From an uncultured Gemmatimonadota bacterium (GTDB taxonomy: Bacteria > JAAXHH01): a stretch of 64,000 bases of DNA. The notes under the pieces were generated by a model. That model ran no database searches. It was given only the letters and a program-made list of their open reading frames with translations, and was not told the origin of the DNA. Shown here piece by piece: positions 57,048 to 64,000 of the stretch; position 1 is the first letter of the stretch; each line of letters starts with the position of its first letter. The translations under genes were made by a program, and so were the position numbers. The DNA is taken from positions 2,560,001 to 2,624,000 of the forward strand of contig OX638340.1 of NCBI GenBank assembly GCA_951812955.1, written 5' to 3'.

Positions 57048-59594
57048 TCAGGCGCCGTACAGCGCGTTGAATAGCAGCTTGAAGGTGCCGTGGGTCTGGT
57101 TGCGGAAGTTTACCTGGAACCCGTAGAGCACGATCCGTCCCTCGCCGTGACGCACGCTGATCATGGCGGGCTTGCCGGCGATGTGTTCCTCGCCGATCAG
57201 CCACCCGCTCTCGAGCACGTCTTCTTCGGGATAGGCGGCGATCACTTCGTACAGGTCGTTGTAGTGTGACGGGTTGATCGAATATACGGGGCTGGTGCGG
57301 TGCATGGCCAGGGCCTGGTCCGGCATGCCGAATCCGAGGCGGTGGGAATTGTCGACGCGGATCCGCAGCATGGAACCGGGACAGAAGAATGCGCTTTCCG
57401 GCAGGCCGGCGGATACGTCCGTGATATGCAGGCCGAACTTCTCGATGGGTAGCCGGCACGCGCGGCCGACGGCCACGAGCGTCCCGCCCTTTTCCACGAG
57501 GTCCCCAATGGCTTCGATTTCCGGATCGCCCAGGGCGCTCCGGTACGCTTCGGGCTGGGACATGGTCTTCAGGCGACTTTCGATCTCCTGTTCCGTGCCG
57601 GCCATCATGTCCATCGTGTCGTCGGGCAGGATGAGCACGTCACAGAGGTCGCGAAGGCCGCCCCGGATATCGGCGTCCCGCACGCTGCGGTAGGGGAACC
57701 CCGCTTGTTCCAGCGTCATGCGGGTCCATCCCTCGGGCATGTTGCCGCCCCAGTACCGCTGATACATGGCTATGCGCGGCTTCGAGAGCGGTTCTCCTTC
57801 CACCTGCTCCTCGAGTCGATAGCCGATTGCGCCGGTATCGCGTATGATCTGCTCGGCCCGTTCCAGGTCGCCTTCCCTGACGATAAAAGCGCCGGCCGGC
57901 AGTTCGCGGTCGCCTACGGAAAGGGGTCCCGCGGTCCGGCCGATTTCAGCGCCGGTCTCCAGCAGTTCGTTGACCGCGGAGAAAGCGGCGTTGTGCCGGG
58001 GATCGACGGCCATTCCGTGCTCCCCGTCGCCGGTCACGGAGCCATTCACCGGCACAGACTCGATCACCGGATCGAGGTTCAGCGAGCCGATGTCCAGTGC
58101 GGTGTGGGGCACCTCCGAGGGTTCCGCCACGACGCCCATCATCTCCGCCAGCGTGTCCGTCGTCGTATCGAAGATCCGCGTGGGCGAGCCATCGGCCTTT
58201 CTTGCCCAGGCGTCGTCGGGCCAGATGGTCCGTTCAAGCAGCGTCTTGACCACGCCCCGTTTGGGCTGCGCGTTGGAAATGAACCAGGTGCCCGCGGGAT
58301 AAACCCGGGTTCCCACTGTAGCGCGTGTCCGGGTCCGCTGCACGTCGATCCCCTGTCGCACCAGGGCGTTTACCAGGCCGGCCGCGACGGGGGCGTCGTG
58401 CTGATCGGGACGTATGAAGAAACCCGCCGAATCGTCCTCCTGGCCCCTGCCGGTCTGGTGCAGGGCCTTCTGCGCGGCGTTCCGCAGCACGGTATCCCGG
58501 CACCGCGCCGCGATGTCCATGAGACCGATGGCCGCGACGCGCTGCTGGTCCACCATGTCGCGCAACCGCCACCATCCCCCAGGCCACGGGTTTGGAAAGT
58601 TCGTCTGGGGCTTGTAGTGGGGCAGCGTGTGGAGCGTGTCGCCGTCCTCCCCCCTGAGCTGATGGGGATGGACGTAAAGGGGACTGGCCAGTTTCGCCTG
58701 GGCAGTTTCAGTCAGCAGACTCGCTATGTTGTGGTAGTTGCCGAGCCAGTGGAAGCCCATGTGGTACCATGCCGGGAACATGGCGCCGCTGATCACGCCC
58801 TGTTTGCCCGCTTCCTCCAGCTTGTAGACCATGTGCGCCCCGTACCAGTTGATCTCGCGCCAAATGAGCGGATCGGCGTGGGGATGAATGGGTTCGCAGT
58901 ATGGGCAGACGAACAGCCGGGGCTGGTATCCGCCCATTTCGTGGTGGTCCTGGAAGACGTGGGGGTGCCAGTCATTGAACATGATTTTGGCCATGTACCG
59001 GGACTCTACAAGGTTCAACATGAAGGCGTCCCGGTTGTTGTCGTGTCCGCAATACTTGTGATACAGCCACGGTAGTTCGCATCCCTCGTATTCCGTGCCA
59101 AGGTGCTCGTTGTACCAGTCCGACACCATGATCTGGCCATCGGGATTGAAGCACGGAACCATCAGGAATATGACGTTCTCCAGGATATTCTTCGTGGTCT
59201 CGTCGTCGCCCGTGACCAGGTCGTAGGCGAACTGGGGCGCCATCTGGGTCGCGGCGATCTCGCTGGCGTGAAGACCCATGGACTGGCAGACGATGACCTT
59301 TCCCCTGCCGACAAGACCGTCGATTTCGTCGTCCGAAAGGCCCCGGGGATCGCAGATTCGCCGGTTGGTCTCCCGCAATTCTTCCAGGTCGGCCAGGTTT
59401 CCGGCCGAAGTGATAATGGCCAGCAGGAAGGGGTTGTTCTCCGTCGTGGGACCCAGATTAACCACGCGGATGTTTTCGCTCTGCTGGTTCAGCAGGTAGA
59501 AGTACTCCGAAATGCGGTCCCAGCGGGCCATTTTGCAGTCGTCGCCGAGCCGGAAGCCGAAGAAAGATTCCGGACGCTCAACGCGGTCGGTCAT
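57048..59594 (-). CDS. M14 family zinc carboxypeptidase-like protein with long C-terminal extension, no signal peptide
   Basis: HxxE zinc motif GLHASEIAA, PCFNPDG, second His region HHEMGG; 848 aa. Confidence 0.6.
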   Translation of the reverse strand: MTDRVERPESFFGFRLGDDCKMARWDRISEYFYLLNQQSENIRVVNLGPTTENNPFLLAIITSAGNLADLEELRETNRRICDPRGLSDDEIDGLVGRGKVIVCQSMGLHASEIAATQMAPQFAYDLVTGDDETTKNILENVIFLMVPCFNPDGQIMVSDWYNEHLGTEYEGCELPWLYHKYCGHDNNRDAFMLNLVESRYMAKIMFNDWHPHVFQDHHEMGGYQPRLFVCPYCEPIHPHADPLIWREINWYGAHMVYKLEEAGKQGVISGAMFPAWYHMGFHWLGNYHNIASLLTETAQAKLASPLYVHPHQLRGEDGDTLHTLPHYKPQTNFPNPWPGGWWRLRDMVDQQRVAAIGLMDIAARCRDTVLRNAAQKALHQTGRGQEDDSAGFFIRPDQHDAPVAAGLVNALVRQGIDVQRTRTRATVGTRVYPAGTWFISNAQPKRGVVKTLLERTIWPDDAWARKADGSPTRIFDTTTDTLAEMMGVVAEPSEVPHTALDIGSLNLDPVIESVPVNGSVTGDGEHGMAVDPRHNAAFSAVNELLETGAEIGRTAGPLSVGDRELPAGAFIVREGDLERAEQIIRDTGAIGYRLEEQVEGEPLSKPRIAMYQRYWGGNMPEGWTRMTLEQAGFPYRSVRDADIRGGLRDLCDVLILPDDTMDMMAGTEQEIESRLKTMSQPEAYRSALGDPEIEAIGDLVEKGGTLVAVGRACRLPIEKFGLHITDVSAGLPESAFFCPGSMLRIRVDNSHRLGFGMPDQALAMHRTSPVYSINPSHYNDLYEVIAAYPEEDVLESGWLIGEEHIAGKPAMISVRHGEGRIVLYGFQVNFRNQTHGTFKLLFNALYGA

Positions 59595-59628
59595 GAAACG
59601 CTCCTGTCTGGGGATGGCCTGCGGGTTT

Positions 59629-60270
59629 TTACCTGGTTTTTCTCATCACGCTGGTAATCACGACCGGCGGTGTGAGACGCTGGTTTTCGCGGGGAGACTT
59701 CTGGATCTTCCGGATCACGTCCATGCCCCGGGTCACGCGGCCGAAAGCGGCGAATCCCTGTCCGTCCGGGTTGCGTTTGCCGCCGTAATCGAGCTCGGGC
59801 TGATCGCCTATGCAGAAGAAGAAACCCGAGGTCGCCGTGTCCGGTCCCATGCGGGCCATGGAAATGGCGCCGTCCACGTGCCTGATCTCGGTCGAGGTGG
59901 TCCGTTCCAGTGGAATCGGATCGAATCCGCTGTTTGGCGGATAACTGTCATCCCGGAAATCGGGGTTCACGGCGCCCTGTATCACCTCGATCTTCACGTC
60001 GTTGTTCGGCTGGTTGTCCATGGTCACCGTCCGGTGGAAGACTCCGCCGTTGTATTGCCCGGCGTCCACGTATCGCATGAAATTCGATACCGTAACCGGT
60101 GCCCGGACCGGGTCGAGCACGATTTCGATGACCCCCGCTTCCGTAGTCATTTCCAGGGTGATTTCTCTTTCCTGGGCCTGGCCCGGTCCGGCCGGCATGC
60201 CCAGGAGGCCGAAGAGCAGCAGGCCGGACAGGATGCGAATCATTTTCGTCGCCGGATTTCTCATGTGCAT
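59629..60270 (-). CDS. secreted cyclophilin-type peptidyl-prolyl cis-trans isomerase (start at internal Met; signal peptide MIRILSGLLLFGLLGMPAG)
   Basis: Cyclophilin blocks VSNFMRYVDAGQYNGGVFHRTV and FGRVTRGMDVIRKIQ. Confidence 0.8.
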   Translation of the reverse strand: MHMRNPATKMIRILSGLLLFGLLGMPAGPGQAQEREITLEMTTEAGVIEIVLDPVRAPVTVSNFMRYVDAGQYNGGVFHRTVTMDNQPNNDVKIEVIQGAVNPDFRDDSYPPNSGFDPIPLERTTSTEIRHVDGAISMARMGPDTATSGFFFCIGDQPELDYGGKRNPDGQGFAAFGRVTRGMDVIRKIQKSPRENQRLTPPVVITSVMRKTR

Positions 60271-60448
60271 GCTCCCAGCGCAGTAATCGACGCGGTGGCT
60301 GCCGGTAGGGGCCGAATCGTATGACCCGCCCGACCACCAGGATCGGCCGCGACGCGAATGTATGGAAATAGAAGTGGATGGCCGGTTTGACCGGCATGCG
60401 GGACGAACCGCAAAACGTATGGCATGATGAAACCTGGGTAGTTCCCTG

Positions 60449-60540
60449 TCAAGCGTTTTATGGCTGCGCCGGACGGGGTCGCGGGACTTCTGCGTCAAGC
60501 GTTTTGTGGCTGCGCCGGATGAGGTTGCGAAGTCCCTGCG
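60449..60540. repeat. 46-nt direct repeat x2 (tcaagcgttttatggctgcgccggacggggtcgcgggacttctgcg / tcaagcgttttgtggctgcgccggatgaggttgcgaagtccctgcg) in the divergent cyclophilin/tonB intergenic region
   Basis: Direct reading; about 80% identical copies, followed by ttgaca at 60555. Confidence 0.85.
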
Positions 60541-60654
60541 ATACAGCCAAAGACCTTGACAGCACACCCCGCGCGGTGGAACTTATGACCATTGACAGCG
60601 ACGCAAGTTTCCTGCCGGACCGGCCTCCGTGACCGGTCTCCGAGTAGAACTACC

Positions 60655-61521
60655 ATGAACGGTGAATTCGGACAAATCGCGTACCGGGTCGGACGCTTCC
60701 TGGAAAGACTCGAAGCCGATGAACTGGTGCCCCACCCCCTTAAGAGATTCTCGCGTCGTTTTCTGGGCGCCGGAATCTGGTGCGCCGCCTTCGTGCATTT
60801 TTTCGTGGTCGGCGGGGTCTACCTCTACAACGAGATCGAATTCGAACCCATGGTGGAAATCGAGATCATGCCCTATCCCGATCACTTGATCGACCTCATC
60901 GATCCGAGCAGGCTGCTCACATCGGAGCGGGGCGGCGGCCGTCCCGGCCGGCTCGAGCCGCCGGAGGATCCCGGGGACGATATCATGAGCAAGGGCGTGC
61001 CCGTTCCCGTGGTCGTGGGGATACCCGAACCGATAGACGACAGCCTGATCGCCGAGGAGCACGAGATCGCTTCCCAGGAAGAGATGGAAAGTGCCGTGGC
61101 CGTCGCCATGGAAACCGAGGATGAAGTGGGAGACGAGGCAGGGATGGGAGGAGCGGGCTCGGAAGGCGGCGTCGAAGGGGGAAGCGGGACTGGTGGTACC
61201 GGCGGCCTGGGCGAGGGGGGCGATGGTACCTGGAAATACGACACGCCGCCCATTCCCCGGCGCCTCAACATGAGTATTTCCCGGAAGGAGATCCCGCGGA
61301 ATCTGCGCAAAGTAAAGGAGAGCATCGTCCGGTTCGAGTTGCTGATCGATGAACGGGGCAAGGTCGTGGATGCCGCCATGATCGAATCGACCGGATATGC
61401 CGAGATCGACGATCTGCTCCTTCGGAAGATATTCGCTTCCCTGTATCATCCCGCCACCTTGAAACAGCAGCCGGTCAAGGCGTGGATCGCCGTGGGCTAC
61501 GGCTACAAGGTAGGCAGATAG
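60655..61521 (+). CDS. TonB family energy transducer (start at MNGEFGQ)
   Basis: N-terminal TM anchor, Pro/Glu-rich linker (EPPEDPGDD...), C-terminal TonB domain (VRFELLIDERGKVVDAAMIESTGYAEIDDLLLRKIFASLYHPATLKQQPVKAWIAVGYGYKV). Confidence 0.65.
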   Translation: MNGEFGQIAYRVGRFLERLEADELVPHPLKRFSRRFLGAGIWCAAFVHFFVVGGVYLYNEIEFEPMVEIEIMPYPDHLIDLIDPSRLLTSERGGGRPGRLEPPEDPGDDIMSKGVPVPVVVGIPEPIDDSLIAEEHEIASQEEMESAVAVAMETEDEVGDEAGMGGAGSEGGVEGGSGTGGTGGLGEGGDGTWKYDTPPIPRRLNMSISRKEIPRNLRKVKESIVRFELLIDERGKVVDAAMIESTGYAEIDDLLLRKIFASLYHPATLKQQPVKAWIAVGYGYKVGR

Positions 61522-61575
61522 ACTCGCTTCCCGCCGGCGGCCAAGCCCCGGCAGGACCAGGCGGACCAGGATTCC

Positions 61576-62799
<1,224 letters not shown>

Positions 62800-62897
62800 G
62801 CCCGATAACCACGTGCCCCGAAAACTGCGCGGCAGGGCAACTGTGCGGCATATCAGGATTGCAACGAAAGGAACGGCGTCCGGGATCCGGAGGAGAC

Positions 62898-63986
62898 TCA
62901 GGCTTTCCGGAACCAGATCAGGTACACGACGGCGCCCAGCCCGAGGCATCCCAGTCCGGGCAGCGCCTGCAGGAAGTTCTGGGTGACAACCGTCACCACC
63001 ACCCACGCAACCACCACCAGGAACAGGATCGGTACGTAGGGGTAGCCAGGAACCTTATAGGGCCTCCGGGCGTCCGGGAACTTGCGCCGAAGCACGATGA
63101 GGGCGAGGACGTTGAGCCCGTAGTAGAGGTAGACGATGTAGACGAAGGCGTTGATGATAGACTGAAAGTCGCCCAGGAAGGTCCACACGAAACCCATGAC
63201 CGACATGGCAACGATGGCGCGGGATGGCGTCCGGTACCGTGGATGCACGTGGGTGAACCACTTGAAGAACAACCCCGCCCTCGCCATGGCGTAGGGGATC
63301 CGGGGCGTGATGATCATGGTGCCGTTCATGGTTCCGAAGGTCGAGATCATGACGGCCGCCGAAATCAGCGACGCCCCCACGGGACCGATCAGCCTGCTGG
63401 CCGCGTCGGCCGCCACGCGCTCGGAAGCCGCGATTTCGCCGATGCTCAGGACGTAGAGGTAGGACCAGTTGACCGCAAGATATACGAGGGTACAGAGTCC
63501 GAGACCGAAGAAGATCACCCGGGGCAGGATACGCTGCGGATCCTTCACTTCCCCCACGACCATGTTGGTGTTGACCCAGCCCTGATAGGCGAATAGCCCA
63601 CCGATCATCGCGGGCCCCAGCACTGTAAGGATGCTCGTGTCGAGATCCGGAGGAACCAGTGGTTCGAAATGGCTGACGTTCCCGCCGATCCAGGCTGCCA
63701 GCAGCGCCAGGCCGACCAGGGCGGTCACCTTGGCGAAGGTGGTCAGGTTCATTAGGAGGCCGCCGAAACGGACGCCCACATAGTTGACGAAACAGAGGAA
63801 CAGGATCAATGCCCAGACGGCGACCTGCTGGGAAGAGATGGCGAGGGGCCCCAGCGAAAATACGGTGATGTGAGACGAAATCTCCGGGATGAAATAGCCC
63901 ATGTAGCTGGTGCAGATGGCGCCGATGGCGGCCATGCCGGCGCTCTGCAGCAGGATGAACTCCACCCAACCGTAGAGGAAGGCCAC
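62898..63986 (-). CDS. APC superfamily amino acid permease, N-terminally truncated by window edge
   Basis: Polytopic membrane protein with APC-like TM pattern; ORF runs to the end of the window without a start. Confidence 0.7.
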   Translation of the reverse strand: MAFLYGWVEFILLQSAGMAAIGAICTSYMGYFIPEISSHITVFSLGPLAISSQQVAVWALILFLCFVNYVGVRFGGLLMNLTTFAKVTALVGLALLAAWIGGNVSHFEPLVPPDLDTSILTVLGPAMIGGLFAYQGWVNTNMVVGEVKDPQRILPRVIFFGLGLCTLVYLAVNWSYLYVLSIGEIAASERVAADAASRLIGPVGASLISAAVMISTFGTMNGTMIITPRIPYAMARAGLFFKWFTHVHPRYRTPSRAIVAMSVMGFVWTFLGDFQSIINAFVYIVYLYYGLNVLALIVLRRKFPDARRPYKVPGYPYVPILFLVVVAWVVVTVVTQNFLQALPGLGCLGLGAVVYLIWFRKA

Positions 63987-64000
63987 GATCGGTGGAAAGG

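Noticed and set aside
56035-57459. Full 474-aa track ORF for the amidohydrolase, including a 140-aa Arg-rich N-terminal extension.
   Set aside because: The conserved amidohydrolase-2 fold starts at MPIVDFHNH (about 57017). The upstream part is low-complexity, basic, and overlaps the 3' end of the M14 gene frame, so it is most likely non-coding read-through of the ORF finder.
60378-60632. 84-aa ORF spanning the 46-nt direct repeat upstream of tonB.
   Set aside because: It is composed mostly of the intergenic repeat. More likely a regulatory region than a gene, and no conserved protein features are present.

Overview
This 64 kb window is GC-rich (roughly 65-68% by eye), densely coding bacterial chromosome from a diderm organism; the track shows a TonB, a candidate outer-membrane protein, a Tat signal peptide and a CcmF. 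The lineage is uncertain. Housekeeping genes dominate: trxB, cysE, yebC-ruvC-ruvA-ruvB, queA, ispD, ispF, parA-parB, a complete F1Fo ATP synthase operon (atpZ/atpI-like, atpB-E-F-H-A-G-D-C), thiL, ribB, mltD, queG, rny, ccmF and rpiA. Several accessory modules sit between them: (1) a secreted SpoIVB-like S55 serine peptidase followed by a secreted beta-propeller protein; (2) a lipid-linked glycosylation cluster with a Dpm1-like GT2, a YfhO-like GT-C membrane transferase, a second GT2, a Wzx-type flippase and a Tat-signal class V PLP enzyme; (3) the hpnC-hpnD-hpnE squalene synthesis operon; (4) a 917-aa protein fusing an OmpR/CadC-type winged-helix DNA-binding domain, a STAND-like P-loop NTPase, helical repeats and a C-terminal glycine-zipper multi-pass membrane domain; (5) a putative catabolic operon (M14 peptidase, amidohydrolase-2, SDR, cupin, HIBADH-like dehydrogenase, small secreted repeat protein). 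The window also carries many short GC-rich tandem repeats. These lie in intergenic regions and in-frame inside conserved genes (queA, hpnD, the propeller gene, a secreted protein). I found no rRNA, tRNA, CRISPR array, transposase or integrase. Many long ORFs antisense to real genes in the six-frame track (for example 640 aa antisense to atpA) are artefacts of the high GC content. The track accepts GTG starts, so several N-termini are approximate. All annotation is motif recognition by eye; no searches were run.
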